From contig CM035359.1 of assembly GCA_020137815.1 (NCBI GenBank), positions 2,418,001 to 2,482,000 of the forward strand: a DNA stretch of 64,000 nucleotides, written 5' to 3'. Shown here in pieces: positions 38,241-53,068 of the stretch (within the stretch, counting starts at the first letter, position 1; every line of letters begins with the position of its first letter). The stretch comes from Hormiphora californensis (taxonomy: Eukaryota > Animalia > Ctenophora). A program made the translations under genes and the position numbers. Below the pieces are notes generated by a model that was not told where the DNA came from, made no database searches, and saw only the letters and a list, made by a program, of their open reading frames with translations.

Positions 38241-38996
38241 TCAGCTGACGTTCATGCTCCTCAGTGCGGCATCAGTACTCATCCCGAACGTGTTTCCATA
38301 TCGGAATTTCTCCCCGGGAATGTGTCCGGTGTAGTGAGGTACCATCCCGGAGGCCTTGGGGTACACCTCTCTTCGGACCATGATGGGCCGGGCCACCACA
38401 TGCTCATTCGGTTGTTTTGGGGCAAGTTTCATGGCTGCTTGTCTCCTCTCCTGTTCCCTGTAATCGGAGATAGCCTGCTCCGTCATCTTAGGGTATCCCA
38501 TACTGATCTTGTTCCGGGACATAGGCAGGAACCCGGTATACCCGGAAATGTGGTAATCCACCCTGCTAGCGGCCCTCCGGCGGCCGACATAAGGCTCAGC
38601 GGGACCTCGGGCTGGTGGCAGGGGAAAACATCCCACCTGGACTTGTCTCATTCTCCTTCGTTCCTTGGCCTCCCTCGCCTGGGCGTCCTTGTAGTCACCC
38701 TTGGCGTGGCTGCATGCCACCACGTAGGGAAGTCCAAACCAGTTCTCTCCGTGGGGGATGTAACCGGTGTAACCAGGAACCAGGTTACTCCTAATCCTCG
38801 GGTGACTCTCCCTCACGGGCTCAATCTTCCGCAGAACGAGGTTACCGGAACTGATGTCATCCTCGGTTAGAATCTCGTGGGTTGTCTTGGAGAAAGTTCC
38901 CCCGATCTTGTACTTGCGTTGGGGGATGTAGCCACCGTACCCGGGGATGTGATAGGGAGACGGGGTAACGAGCGAATCCGGGGTAAAAGCTGACAT
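38241..38996 (-). CDS. FAM166: FAM166/CIMIP2-family ciliary microtubule inner protein (single coding exon)
   Basis: 251-aa ORF from ATG 38996 with four PGY-type repeats (HIPGYGGYIP, LVPGYTGYIP, HISGYTGFLP, MVPHYTGHIPG) and an N-terminal 'YKIGGTFSKTTHEIL' segment, both typical of FAM166. Confidence 0.85.
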   Translation of the reverse strand: MSAFTPDSLVTPSPYHIPGYGGYIPQRKYKIGGTFSKTTHEILTEDDISSGNLVLRKIEPVRESHPRIRSNLVPGYTGYIPHGENWFGLPYVVACSHAKGDYKDAQAREAKERRRMRQVQVGCFPLPPARGPAEPYVGRRRAASRVDYHISGYTGFLPMSRNKISMGYPKMTEQAISDYREQERRQAAMKLAPKQPNEHVVARPIMVRREVYPKASGMVPHYTGHIPGEKFRYGNTFGMSTDAALRSMNVS

Positions 38997-40308
38997 GGTG
39001 TGTGTGAATAGTTGCACGTGCAGGACACGGTCTTGTTGTTAGGGGTGAGGGGGTGGGGGAGTTTCGGGGAAATGGTGCTATCTGCACGTGCGGATGGGTT
39101 CAGGGGTTACTAGGGGTAGGGGAAGGGATCAGTCGCTGCTTGTAAGCTGTGATCCACATTGTGAACGTGGGCCGGGGGTTGAGTTGAGAGATCCAGGTTG
39201 CGACCGCCTTACATTTTCTTTTTTCAGAGTTCGGGGGGCGGGGGGGGGGGTGAGTTAGAAAAGTTGTTTCAATGAAAGACCATGGATTGAAACACCCTTT
39301 TAGGGATAATTAGAGAACTCGGGAAGCGGATTGAGAAGCAATGTATGCATATTTTGTGCTTTAATAAAAATGGTATATTTAAGTAAGAGTAGTAAGAGGA
39401 AGGGAATACCAACATTGAAAACTAGGGAATTGTTCGACCTTCTCTCTCTCTCTCCCTCCGGATTGAAGAACAAGGGTAACCAAGAGACGGAGAGAACTAG
39501 CTTGGAACTCGATGAGCCCAATTGACCAATTATTATATGACAAACCAAAATATCAAGTCTGATGATAAACTTAAAAATTGTAATAAGCAACACTACACTA
39601 AAACACCCCCATAATGTACTTACTGAGTCCCAGAATATTCACTGACCTCACGGTAAATATATTCTCCTATCCGGCCTCACCGAAAAGATCTGAGTGTGAA
39701 AGGAACCAGGTGAGCCCTGTTACACCACGTGATAGTCACGTGACCTAAATGACGCGTTGCTATTGGTTACCGTTGGATCATGTGCCAGTTGGTGGTCCCT
39801 ATTTTACACAAACACGCCACCTGGAGGCTGGATTTATATTCGCTGTTTCGAGATCCTCCATCCATCTCTCAGATATAACTTTCTTTCTCTCAGTATCCAG
39901 CCCATTCGCCGATGTCTACCCGCAGGAAAAGCAACAGACAGTGATAATAAAAGAAAACGAAAACCTCAAAAATATTCCTCTCAACCTCCCTCTCCCCAAA
40001 AAAATCATCGATCGGAAATTAAACGGAAAACACGATACCTGGAGAAATCAAAACGAGAGGGCCGAGGTAGTGTGTTGTTGCTTTCATTTGATGGACGGAA
40101 CCTGATACCTGTGTCACCGAGAGAGAGGGAGGACGATAATGACCTTTAACATTTCTTGGTGGAAATGGAGCCTCCTGATTGGTTGACATGGGTCACGTGA
40201 TACGAAATGGAGGAATGTGATTGGTTAGAGGACATCATGTAACGGTAAACCAAGAATACCCTGACGGTCACAGCTCAATGAAGAAGAACCTTGGGTTACA
40301 GCAGAGAT

Positions 40309-40378
<70 letters not shown>

Positions 40379-41522
40379 AGAGAGAAGGCGCGAAGCTCTC
40401 TCGTAGAGCTCCTCTCTCGATATCATGCTCGCGCGCCTGACATCTCGCTCCTCTCGAGCTCTGTCTCGAGATGGAGACCGGAGAAACACGCGTATCAGGC
40501 GGTGATAAAAATTATAATTCAAAACATAATTTCGAGTGACAACGTCAATTCACCACCACGACATACCACGGCTCGGCTAGATCAAATATCATAAACTTGA
40601 TCAAACTGATTAAAAAACCAACGTTTTTCATACCTAACTGGAGAGGAGATGGAATTCGAGATTATGATTAAATGTGGATTGTGGAGTAAGATTATGTAGG
40701 TATTACCTAAACGTCAGTAAACTACAGTACTACTAACTACTCGATACCACCACCAGCTGTTCCAATAGTATTGGTTACAATCCAGGGGGCAATACAAGGT
40801 TACTAACTAGGTACTGATATAATACAACTAGGCGAGATGGTGACTTATTCATGTTTGGGACGTCAAATAGTCTCAAAGCTAGGTCATCCTAATATCATAC
40901 CTAGATCAGAAACTTTCCGATGATCACGTCACTTTCTGATGATCACGTCACTCCTACCCCCTTTACTAACACTTTTAATATATACAGTTATAGAACCCAT
41001 AAACAATACGTGATCTTAGACAAGTTGTGTGTCACGACTCACGGAAGACTGAACTATAATTCTGATCTAGTGAGCTGGCCCATTTCTTTTCACTAAGATG
41101 CACCGAATTTTTGTATAAATCAGTAGTTGATAATAACGCAATGGTTGGGAAAGGTGTACAAGAGCAAAGACTTTGATGCTCTATTTCTAACCCTCCTTTA
41201 CGGGGCGTGGATAAAGAGCAAGGCAAGATTTTGAAAGGAACTCCACACATAATGGGATACATCTTTGAGTGTGGCATCAAAGATATAATATTTTATTCAA
41301 ATAAAACTTAGTAGATCGAGTTCTTTGTATATTTCGCGCTCAAGGTTAGGTACCCACCTTATTTAATATCTAGAGAAATGAGAACTTCTAGACAAAACGG
41401 ATGATGTATAGGCTTCACCAGAAACTAAAAAATTTCACTGAGACTTGAGAGAATGAAAAGAAAGCGAATAATAAAACAATCGAAAGAGAAGCGAGTAACA
41501 AAACTGGAGAAGAAAATGGGAA

Positions 41523-41595
<73 letters not shown>

Positions 41596-42607
41596 GAGAG
41601 AAAGATAGAATGGCAGTTTGGTATGTGCAGAGAGGAGGGGAACACAAAATAGCGGTCACTAATCTCAAAATAATGAACTCAAATTAAAATACAAAACAGA
41701 GATAGAAAACTGTCTAGTTCCTCATGGTTCAGGGAACTTTCAGTGCATGGTCGCAGGAGTATAACAGCTGAAACCAATCACAATGCACAGAGAAACAATC
41801 ATCGAGAAACCTTGAATTGGGGTAGCGATCTAGCTAACGAAACCTAAGCGTGTGTAACACATGTCACTCGTGACCTGTGACGATGGGGATACCTTAAAAC
41901 CCTGAGTAATATATTGTGTACCCTATAACTTGAATCAGTATTAAAGATCTTCAAGAAAGGGGAGGGCCAGGACTTGTTATAATTCCCCGCCCTTAGATTC
42001 TCAATCAATGTCAAAGGGATAGAATAATAGACTCACAGATCCCTAATTCTGTGAAATTTCCCCCAGATTTCAGATACATTATGTGACGTGAAAACGGAAT
42101 ATCGATGACGCCTCATTTGACATGCTCACATATTTCAGAAGAGAGAGGGATAAAGAAAGTGCATATCATGGGAATACGTACAAAACGTGGGCGTTACGTC
42201 GCAATCCAGCTGGGAATTTGGTGGATATGCGAGCTGTTCTTGGCAGTATTTACAACTTGGGCACCAAATACATTACAATGGCAATTGGCAGTAAAACAAG
42301 ACAATTTAGCAAAAAGACATGAATAACTACATAGAGAAACGGTAAAGATCATGTACAAGCAACTACTCAGTTTGGCAGTGAAAATATTGGGACACACGAT
42401 GTATTCAAACTTTTGTAGAAATACAAAATACAACTCATTCCTCAGATGTATTTACAAGTTAATAAATAGTTCTTGCGGTGAGAGAGAGGGACACAAGTGC
42501 TTTCTGTGCGTGCAACATGGTGTTACCAAGGCTGTACTAGAGTCAAAAACATAAATGAGTGTTTGCAAAAAGTTTGCAGCATTCTGCAGGCTAGAGAGAG
42601 GGAGAGA

Positions 42608-42664
<57 letters not shown>

Positions 42665-42670
42665 AGAGGG

Positions 42671-42747
<77 letters not shown>

Positions 42748-43700
42748 GTTTTCTATAAACGTGCGTCAAGATGTGTGAGTAATGAAAAAACCGTGACATC
42801 AGCATGTCAACATTTTATAAACAATTAACTACAGAGTGACGTGCGTATATAAATTTCTGCAAAGCACCGAAGGATTACTTGTTAGAACTGATCTACTGAT
42901 ATGATAGTGACTTTAGTATAAAGTTTGAATGCCTAAACGAAACTCTAAACAAAAACAGAAGGACTCTATACTGTGTTAAAACCCATATTATTTCGTGTCA
43001 CACAAGAAGTGTCACAAGTCAAGCTAGCTATAATATATGATTTATGAACTTTGTAACTTGTAAGTGCATAAAATGCTGCCAGACAAGAAGAGAGAGGGAT
43101 AGAACGGGAGAGAGAGATTATGTGAGAGGGGAGAGTTGGTTACGAAGTTACCCCTCCCTTGCCAGTGCGCGAGGGATTATTTCGTAACCAAGGAGAGAGA
43201 TATATATATAATAATATATACCCTGCTAACTTAAATAATGCGCCAGTGGCGAGAAGTCCCACTGGCGCGCTCTCAATAAACAGCTAGTCCAGCGGCAGAT
43301 TATTTCCCACTGGCAGGTTATTTATTTTTAACTCCTATGCAAAATTCAAAGTGTGTGTAAATGATCAGTTCTTACTAAAATACAGAGGGAACACTATGTG
43401 CAACACTTACACACTACATTGGAGAGAAAGAAAGGACACATTCCGTCAATTACTCTCTCTTTATCTCCCCTTTTGTCTCACTATCTCTTCCTCTGTGTTA
43501 TGTGTGACATGCCCCTTATCAGGCTATTTCTTTCACTCTCTTTCCTTAGCAACTGCTTAGTTACTGTTACCAAACAGTGTACACTCAATTATGAGGTGTT
43601 TTTGACTGTTTCTCAGTTCTCTTTGTGTGTTTTGAGTAGTGTTCTCTCTCTTGTTAGCGTGTAATACTTGAAACAAACAACTAAAGCAGGGTATATAACC

Positions 43701-43888
43701 TATAAACTCTTGTCACTGGCACGTTATAGGTTTGAACCCCTCCGCCTCTCCCTCGGCTACGCCTCGGGATCGTCGTCGTGATTTAAACCAGTTTATCCGC
43801 CAGTGGCGGATAAACTACAGCTAGCTTCTCCCAGCGGCGCGCTGGGAGAAAGCTATCTGAAATAACGTGCCACTGGCAAGAGTTTATA
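43701..43888. mobile_element. MITE-like element with 27-bp terminal inverted repeats and internal hairpins
   Basis: TATAAACTCTTGTCACTGGCACGTTAT versus ATAACGTGCCACTGGCAAGAGTTTATA (2 mismatches). Internal hairpins include GTTTATCCGCC/GGCGGATAAAC. Confidence 0.7.
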
Positions 43889-46800
43889 CCTCATATGGTC
43901 ATTTTTTTTTTTAACTTGTGCAAAATTTTTTCCGAAAATGACATAAGTTCAGTTTTTTCGACTTTTATCATAGTTTTTGTCAAAAAATATTATTTTCCAA
44001 CGAATATTATGTGTAAAAGTGTATAGGGAATAGATTTACAGGCAAAATAAATTAAAAACTCACCTCGTGAGGTGCCGGTGACCATGTTTGCAAAAGCGTG
44101 TGCCATTCCGTCAAATTTTAATATTTTTTCCTAAAATTTTCGAAAATATGCTGAAAAATGTCCATAATAAACACCATTAAAATATGTAAGCAAACTTACT
44201 CAATCTATGAGGTGCAACCGGTGTTTAAAGTTACACTGTATACTTACAGCTACTTTTAAGCCCGTAGCACCTCACGTTTCACGACTTTTCCTAGCTAGAT
44301 ACTTGCAGTAGACTCAAAACCATCATTTGTACCAAAAAAGTTCCAAAAATTTTGCTCAATGAGTGAGGTGCACCCAAAAAACTGTATTTTCTTCAAACGC
44401 TAATTGCACCTCACTCAGTGAGTATATAGTTCTGAAAGTGGCCTTAATTTGCTCATATGACATCCCCAAACACTACCTAATCGATTCCAAGGTCATTGCT
44501 CAACCTGTGAGGTGCACTGGAGAAGTAGGTAAAATATGTCATTTTTTGAGGGTCTGCACCTCACTCGCTGAGTAATTTTTAGAGCAAATTTTCGGTAAAT
44601 CAGGAGGGAAATTGTCTAATCTTGCTTTATGCCAAGTTTCAATTCTTTATTTACTCATTTGACCCCTAGTGAGTAAACTTTTAGCTCTAAAATCGGCTTG
44701 CACCTCACCAAATGAGTAAATTTTTCCATGGTTTTCACCTCATCTGATGAGTGAGAAATATCCCCACCATTTCTGAAAGTTTGGAGATTTTTGTGGATTT
44801 CTACAAACGGGGGGCCCCCAATACAATAGGGGCGTAAAATTTAAAGAAAAAACCCTACTGGGAGTAAGTAGGGGACTTCGTTTTTATAAATTGAACCCTT
44901 TTAAATTCTCGATTTTTTAGTTATAAATTTCCCAAGGGCCCAGCTTTTTGCTAGACATTTGAAAAGGTTTTGGGGAAATTTAAAAAAAAAATGACCCAAA
45001 AAATTTGGTTTGAGGGAGAGAGGAAGGGAAAGGAAAAAGAATGGAAAAAAAAACCTTTTAATTTTCAGGAGTGATTTTGAAAAAAGTTGAGAAATTTGTG
45101 GGGGGGAAGAAGGGTGAGTGGGAAAAAAATTTTGCAAAAAACGTAAATAAAATTAATACGGGACCTCTAAAACTTTCTTATTTTTGAACAACGAAGACTT
45201 GGAAGATTCCCTTTCTTTTTCCCTTTTGATCCCCCCCAGAGAAAAAACAAAACTAAAATTTTAAAAAAACCCTTAAAAAGATTTTTTGGGCCCGGGGGGG
45301 ACAAAGTCAAGTTAACATAATAAATGATGGTTTTTTCCCAAAGGGGGGGGCTGTTGAAAAAGGGAAGATTTGAAAAGAAGGGGAAGAGAGAGGGGGGGAA
45401 GAGAGAGAGAGAGAAGAGAGAGAGAAGAGAAGAAAAATAAGAAGAAGAGAGAGAAAGAGAGGAGAGAAAAAAGAGGAGAAAAAGAGGAAGAGGGAAGAAG
45501 GAAGGAAAAAGAAAGAAAGGGAAAAAAGGCGTTTTTTGGGGGGGAAAAAAAAAAAAAAAAAAATTTTCCCCCCGGGGGCCCCCCCCGGGGGGGCCTTTTT
45601 TGGGGGGCCCCCCCCCCCCCCCGGGGGGGGGGGGGGGGAAAAAAAAAAGGGGGGCCCGGGGGTTTTCGGGGGGGGAAAAAAGTTTTTGTGCCCCCCATGT
45701 TCTCTCTGTGAGCCCTGTGCATGTTGTTTGGGCCCAACCCACACTCCCCCAACAAAAACCATAACACAGATACCAACAACGATGAAATTGGAAATGGTAA
45801 AATATTGAACTTTTATTATAGGGAGGGGCCCCGTCCTGGGGGGTGCCGGCCTTATCAGAATGCACTGTCCTTTTGAAAACCGAAGCCAGATTTTGATACT
45901 CAAAACGAGGGTCAAGGTCAGGCGCCGCCAGACAGCTGCAGATAGGAGAATAAAATGGGAAGAGATGAAAAAAGATGGGACAGGTACAAACAAGTAAGAA
46001 CAGAAACTCCTACAGAGGGGGAAATTTACCAATTTCAATGTAACTTTAAAACCCCCCTTTTAAAAAAAAATTTTTGGAAATATTTTTTGGCTTGGGGTGG
46101 GGGGTCCCTTTTCCTTTTTTTTTTTTTTTTTTTCCCTCCCTTTTCCCATCCCTTCCCCTTTTTTTTATTTTTTTAAATTTCCCCTTTTTTTTTTTTTTTT
46201 GTTTTTTGGGGGTTTTTTATAAAAACTTTGGGTAAAAAAATTTTTTTTTTGGGGAAAAGGGGGGCCCCTTTCCTTTTTTTTCCCCCCCCCTTTTTTTTTT
46301 CCCCAAAAAAATAAAACCCGAAAAAAGGAAAAAAAAAAATTTAAAAAAAAAAAATTTTTTAAAAAAAAAAAAGGGGAAAATTTTTGGGGGGGCCCCCCGG
46401 GGGAAAGGGGGAAAAAAAAAAAAAAAAAAAAAATTTTTGGGGGGGGGGGGGAAAATAAAAAAAAAAAATTTTTAAAAAAAAAAGGGAATGGGGAAAAAAA
46501 AAAGGGGGGGGGGGAAAAAAAAAAAATGGGGGGGTTTTTTTTGGGGGGGTTTTTAAAAATTTTTTTTTCCCCCGGGGGGGGGGAAAAATTTTTTTTTTTA
46601 AAAAATGTTCAATTAAGCTACCCCCCCCCCCAAAAAAAAAAAAAATAAAAAACCCCCAAAAAATTTGGGAACCCCCTTTTTAGGGGTTTTAAAAAAAGGG
46701 AAAGGGGATATCCCATAACCCCCCGCGTAAAATCATTGGTCAGATAGTACCTTAATGGCATAATTGGTGGGAGCGGGGTATTTCGAGATATTGAAAATTG

Positions 46801-48315
46801 GCCCTAAATCCGGAACCAAACAGTTAGCGACAAAACTAATACCAGTTTTTCTCTTTCAAATTAAGTAATTGACCCGGTAGTACCGTCAGTTTGATTCAGG
46901 GGGTTGCATAGCGTGGTGTATAGCCCCAGTCCCAATCATTGTGGAACAACCTAATACAACTAAGTAGTAAAAGCTGTGACAAATCTTGTTCTAACCCTCC
47001 TTTACATTTCTGAAACAGGGTCGAGCAAAGCAAGACAAATTACGGTATAGAGAATAGTTTGGAAAGCGTAGAAAAATCCCAAAAAACATTTCGAACCGCC
47101 TCATAACCGCGACACACACACAATACTGCCAGACCTGGAACAAGCCATATTCTACACGGCGAGTTTGCCAAAAACACATGTCACACACACACGGTAGAGG
47201 GAGAAGATGACCTATTCCAGGAATATCGATAAAAACCGGTTTGGTGGCTTTTCAACGCTGACCGTTGCTAGGAATATATTGATATGATCCATACAGGACT
47301 CGTCGCCCGGTTGGGGTCGTTTGAAATTAGAACATCATTTTTCTCTCCTCTAATCCTCTAAAAATTGTCTCAGGATTTTGAATGTTTATGCGTCACATCA
47401 GAATGAGATTTTGTTGTTGCGTCAGTGGAATTTTAACAGTCACCAAATTGTCCAAACAATTCATTCCAACGAGGAATAACAGAGAGAAAGTAACAGAGAG
47501 ACGGGTGGGAATTGGGATAATGGATGGCAAAGAGAGAAATAGAAGAGGGCCAGAGGGTAGGGAGGGGCTGGTTATAGCACGAAGGGCTGGAGAGAAGGAT
47601 GTATATTGGAAAGAGAGAGAGAGGGGTATAAGAAGGTTGAGAACAAACAAAACAGGACAGGGAGCTATCAAAAAGGGACGAGTGCTGCGTAATATGCAGT
47701 GCGCTAAACAATAACCTCATTGTCTATCGATATAAGGAGCTACAGCTGTACTGGCCATCTCTCCTTTTCTCTCTGAGTCTCCCTCTCTCTTTATATCTTC
47801 CTCCCACTTCTTTCTCTCTCCCTCTTCTTTCTCCATCGCTCTCTCTCTCCATCGCTCCTTCTATCTCATTTTACTATTCATACTATAAAGTACGGGCCCT
47901 ACTGTAATAGCAGTCCATGATGCTGCACAAGGCTCCACTGTTTATTCGTTGCGGAATACGAAATTATTGCAGGAACTGTATTATTCATTGTCTCTGAAAA
48001 GTTATTGTAAAACGAAAAACTACTACAAGAAGCTGAAACAGTTTGGGGTTGACACTGCTGTCTTCACTCTCTCAAGATGTAGCCTAAATGTGTAAGTCTA
48101 CCAATAGCGAAGTAAATGCGAAATGGCAATGCGAGAAAGCCCAGTAAGAATACAGTAACGTTTGATAAAAAAAGATATGACACAAAAAAGATGTTGATAA
48201 CTGCCTAATCTTAAAACAGCTCCTCTCGTACAGCACAAGGAGTATAATATGGAAGGGGCCCAAGTCATTGGTCAGTGTATGGGAGATCAACATAATGTAC
48301 ACACTCTCTGAGAGG

Positions 48316-48357
<42 letters not shown>

Positions 48358-49666
48358 CTTTCGTAATTACAACACAGAAAGGTCTACTGAGAACTGAATT
48401 TTGTGAAGGCTTGAAGGAGGGGCGCTTTTTGATAAGAATTGCTAGGTACTGAAGAGAAATTGAGGCCTGGCAATATAATATTAAAAGCAGTTCTGTAGTA
48501 ATAACAGCTGTCGGAAAGAGAGGAATATTTGAAAAGTGTTTCAACTTTCATCGACCATTTCTTATTGCAGAAAGGGCTAAAATGTGATCTCAATAATCCA
48601 AAACTTGACCTGAAGCAACTTGGAAACAAAAGAGAAAAAGCGCATGTATGCGACAGAAAGAACATTCGCGAAACCGAACAAAGCCAGACACACGAATGTA
48701 CACCGCGGGAAACCAAACTTCTTCAATTGTACACGCGGCAAGTTTGCGCGCGCGGCGTCAAATGCACGTGCACTTTGTCCCAGGACATCGCGCTGGCAAA
48801 GAACAGGCTAGGCCAGGCACAGCTGCACTGTCGCCTATCCAAATCAGTTTTCTGTCACAACCTTGAACTTTCTACACGGAGAGTGGTAAGAATTAGGGAT
48901 TCAAATAAATTAGGGATTCAACTAAAACCCAATTACAAGATTATACACGCAAATCCCAGAATGACTTTATTTCCTCAGAATCGTCGTCGGTCGTATGTTT
49001 TTTCAAAATTCTCTCTAGCTCTCTCGGTGACACAATGGCCCGAGTTTTAATTAGAAAAACTCAGTCTTGGCAGCTCAGCTAAAAAAGAGAGCCATCATCT
49101 CAGCCAGTGATTTGTTCAAATTTTCTAAATCCTGTTGAGCCCATTGAGCCCGATGAATCAGTTCACATCCTTCCGCTATGAAATCTGATGATTATGAACT
49201 CTTCTGTCTGGCAGCGCTGGGCCACATTTTGACAGTGCACTCAGATGGGGTATGCGGCGCCAGAGAGATGAAGACAAGCTCATATCGTGTATCCTTCCGC
49301 TGTGAAATCTGCACTATGAACTGTTCATGATACTCAGAGTGCAGATTTCACAGCTAAAAGATGTTACAGCTAACATCGACAGGAAGTGGAAGTAACTGTT
49401 AGGAAAGGAAGTTTGGTATTCGATTTCGCGACGTAGATTGTGTTACGGTACATAGACATAACACAGACACCGAGTATATTGCTGCAGCTGCCGGGGACTA
49501 TGGCTCAAAATATGTATTTGTGACCTTCTCTCTGTCTCCGGAGCAGCGGAGAAAAATAGGTTGCACAGGGGGATCTAACATAGGTCTTATAGGACACAGA
49601 ACACAACATATATTATCCTGAGGCGCAGGAAAATGCAATTATTACTCTCCAGGCCATGCAATGTGG

Positions 49667-49848
<182 letters not shown>

Positions 49849-50511
49849 CAGGAAGAAGCTGAAGAGGAGGCTCCTGCAGTAGCAGTCGGCGTTCCAAGAA
49901 CATTCTAATTCAAATGTAAATAGGTCCGTTGCACGTGTTGTCCTTAATGCAACAACGCTGGGGGAGGGGGCTAGCTTCCCGGGTTTTTATTTATACATTT
50001 CAGGCTTTCCCTATTTTTCATCGGAAAAGTCTATCCTACGGTATAGAAATTAGACATGGGTTGTTGTAGTTGGGAACACTGGGACACTAGGAGATTATTA
50101 CAGTTTATCCTGCACGGTGTCCCTTAAGGAGGTGAAACCTCGACTAGCTATACTTTTTTGGAGACCGGACCTAGGTTACGTATTTATGACCGCGTATATG
50201 TCAAATCTTGTGACTTCAGGATATATGTATTCAGGGCAATTTTGAGGGGGGGGGGGGGACAATAATAAAGTCGATATCTCACAAGGGGTACAAAAATAAT
50301 AATTAATCTCTGACACACTGATTTATAATATTTACACTGTACACTTTCTTTGCTAAATCCTGTGTTCTCTTGGTTAAAATCAGTCTCAAACAATTGTTTT
50401 TTCCTGTTTCTCTGTTGCTAAGCAACTTCACAGCAACTTCCACCATGATAACGCGTGAGTTTTGAATAACAACGCGTGAGGTTCCCCAGTGACGTCATGT
50501 CGAGTGACTCT

Positions 50512-50894
50512 CTACGCCATGTTTTGTCCGGCGTAGTGGGGTAGGTGGTACTTGTTGTAGGATAAGTAGGAGAACAGCCTGAAAAGATGGCACCAGGATT
50601 AGAAATTGGTATTATACTGGGATATTACATCTTGTTGTATCTGGTCTATCTGCTGCTGTTTGTATTTTGAAGGCCCTTCCCTCTGAAGGGTACCTTAACA
50701 CAGTAATAGCCCAGTAAAAGTTCATGAAAACGGGGCTAAAGTAGAACGATACGATACTCAAAACATGGTTAGAGACACCAACGTGCATACCTATTTTCGA
50801 CAGCTGTTTTGGCGAGACTGCCAGCGTATTCCTCTGCCAGTGCTTTTTTAGTCTTCTCCTCTACTGTCAGGTCCTCGTCAATCATCTGGCATAC
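50512..50894 (-). CDS. CFAP61: Last two exons of a CFAP61-like gene (cilia- and flagella-associated protein 61)
   Basis: Exons 50894-50791 VCQMIDEDLTVEEKTKKALAEEYAGSLAKTAVENR and 50578-50512 LFSYLSYNKYHLPHYAGQNMA-TAG, GT-AG with a phase-2 join. They resemble the recalled CFAP61 C-terminus motif YLxYNxYHLPxYA. Confidence 0.72.
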
Positions 50895-51059
50895 CTGAAA
50901 CACAATTTTCAGGCACTGATCATCGCACACACTGATCATCGCACACACAATTTTCAGGCACTGACTGTATCATCGCACACACACTACAAGAGGTCTCTAC
51001 GCCCGGTGCGGAGATAACAACATTGCAATTGGTCAGGTCTTTTGAAAAGTATGGAGCAT

Positions 51060-51540
51060 TCATAGTAAAGTCATATTCACCCACCGAAAAAACGTAAAAA
51101 TTGGAAACCCGATCAAAATACAGGGTAACCCAATCGAAGTGGTCGAATCCACAAAGTTTCTAGGGATTACCCTGGACAGCAAACTAAACTGGAACGAACA
51201 CGTAAACAAACAAATAAAAAAAGCAAAAAACATCCTAATGCAGTGCCGAAAAGTGGTGGGACCCACATGGGGACTAAACCCCAAAACGGCCAGATGGATA
51301 TACACAGCAATAGTAAGACCCACCCTATGCTATGGGGCAATGGTCTGGGCAAATGCGATGAAAACCAAAACAAATAAAGACAACATGACAAGAGTACAGA
51401 GGCTAGCACTCAAAATGGTAACAGGGGCCATGCCCTCAACACCATCAACAGCCCTCGACACAATCACAAACACCACTCCAATCACCGACCACCTGAGGTA
51501 CTGTGCAGCCAAAACTGCATACACCCTAATGGCAAGCTCA
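51060..51540 (+). mobile_element. Non-LTR retrotransposon (LINE) ORF2 fragment, end of RT and thumb region
   Basis: KFLGITLDSKLNWNEHV...WG...WIYTAIVRPTLCYG...RVQRLALKMVTGAMPSTPSTAL, characteristic of RNase H-bearing LINEs. Confidence 0.88.
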
Positions 51541-51870
51541 AGAGCTACCTTTTCAGCTATATTGACATCGACAATATTCTATAATTATTCCATCACCTTC
51601 ACCTTTTCACTTCATGAATGTTCCAATTGCTCACCGCTGCCGCTGCTGCGGGACACCCCTCTCCCCGTGGCTCCCCACCTCTCTAACTGTTAATCTAGTC
51701 TAGCAGCAACAACGATATATTTTTAACTTATTTACCTGTATAACTTAGCTACATTAAGAGGGGCTTCTTAAGTGCGGGATTCCTGCGTGAAGCCCTCAGA
51801 CGCACGGTGTGTGATATTATTTGATATTTAAAAATGCGAATTGTTTCCGTGATCGTTTGAAACTTCTTCC

Positions 51871-52365
51871 TGTGGGCTTTAGCCGGGCCTGCTCGTACAC
51901 AGCGGTAGACCTTGCGTTGTTGGAGCCAGATGAGAACGAGTATTTCAGGTGTCGTGGTTGGAACTGGCTCACGAAAAGATAAAAGTTGAGATATTTATAA
52001 CAGAGCACACGTCAATATAATACCAGGCTTGTAAATATCACTCTCACTCCCATTGGTCATTCTCAAAGTCACGTGACACTCGAGATGCAGATCGGACAGT
52101 AACTCCGCTCGTCAGCTACTTTTGACAAGTGCCGCGACTAGATCAGACTGAGTTAGAGCCAGAGTCTGTAGCTGTCAGTGTCACTCCCTTAGCTACTATC
52201 AATGAATCATGAAATAAGGAGGCCCAATCATGGTAGTTACTAGTGCACAGATGGTTCTCTAATCAACTTCAGGGGGCTGAGCTAACACATTTCTACTCTA
52301 AGTACTCTAAATATAATAAGTAAATATAGTACGCTACTGATAAACCGAGGGGAAAGAGCGGCGCC
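51871..52365. repeat. ~500-bp inverted repeat, left arm (partner 54388-54867)
   Basis: Near-identical reverse complement of 54388-54867 with small indels; for example ...GTCACGTGACACTCGAGATGCAGATCGGACAG... versus ...CTGTCCGATCTGCATCTCGAGTGTCACGTGAC... Confidence 0.92.
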
Positions 52366-52445
52366 ACGGTTCCCACTCACGACAAAACTCATATCTCCCT
52401 ATCTATTTCTCTCTCTCTATCTCTCTATCCCCCTCTCTATCTCAG

Positions 52446-52893
52446 AGTATAAACCGCAAGGAACAGTACATTGTGGTTGATGATGGAAGGAAGGTGCAGT
52501 ATGATTACCTGGTTTTGGGAACTGGAGCCCAGTTCAATGTTCCCATACCACCCGGCATGGTAAGTGAGAGCAGGGGTGAGATCGTTATGTTAACTAGGTG
52601 AGAGCAGGGGTGAGATCGTTATGTTAACTCGGCGAGAGCAGGGGTGAGATCGTTAGTTAACTAGACCGCGGCCTATCTCTCCTTACTGCCAAATAAAGAC
52701 TGGATAAAATAATCGAATAACACCATTCATCTAACCTAGGAAGAGACCCGAAAGTTAACCCTGAGCACTCCCATCCAACGTGATGTCTCTGAGGTGAGCA
52801 AGGCTCAACCATACCGGCCCCCAGAACAGGTTGTCACTTTTGATGTCTTGTCAAATGCTGAAAATATCGTCAACATTGTCAACGATAATGGAG
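52446..52893 (+). CDS. CFAP61: Two internal exons of a CFAP61-like gene (FAD/NAD-binding-like domain), opposite strand to its terminal exons
   Basis: Exons 52446-52559 SINRKEQYIVVDDGRKVQYDYLVLGTGAQFNVPIPPGM|gtaagt and 52740-52893 EETRKLTLSTP...VNIVNDNG|gtaggt. The YDYLVLGTG motif is present. Confidence 0.65.
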
Positions 52894-52941
52894 GTAGGTT
52901 GGGGGGGATCTCTCTCTCTCATCCTCTCTCTTCTTCTCCTC

Positions 52942-53041
52942 NNNNNNNNNNNNNNNNNNNNNNNNNNNNNNNNNNNNNNNNNNNNNNNNNNNNNNNNNNN
53001 NNNNNNNNNNNNNNNNNNNNNNNNNNNNNNNNNNNNNNNNN
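52942..53041. other. Assembly gap (100 N)
   Basis: Run of N. Confidence 1.
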
Positions 53042-53068
53042 GGGTGTGAAACTTCAAAAATCGACTTT

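Noticed and set aside
38172-38870. 232-aa plus-strand ORF
   Set aside because: It is the antisense shadow of the FAM166-like CDS and has no recognisable motifs.
48529-49050. 173-aa ORF
   Set aside because: It has a non-ATG start, no recognisable domain and no splice context; probably a chance ORF or repeat-derived.
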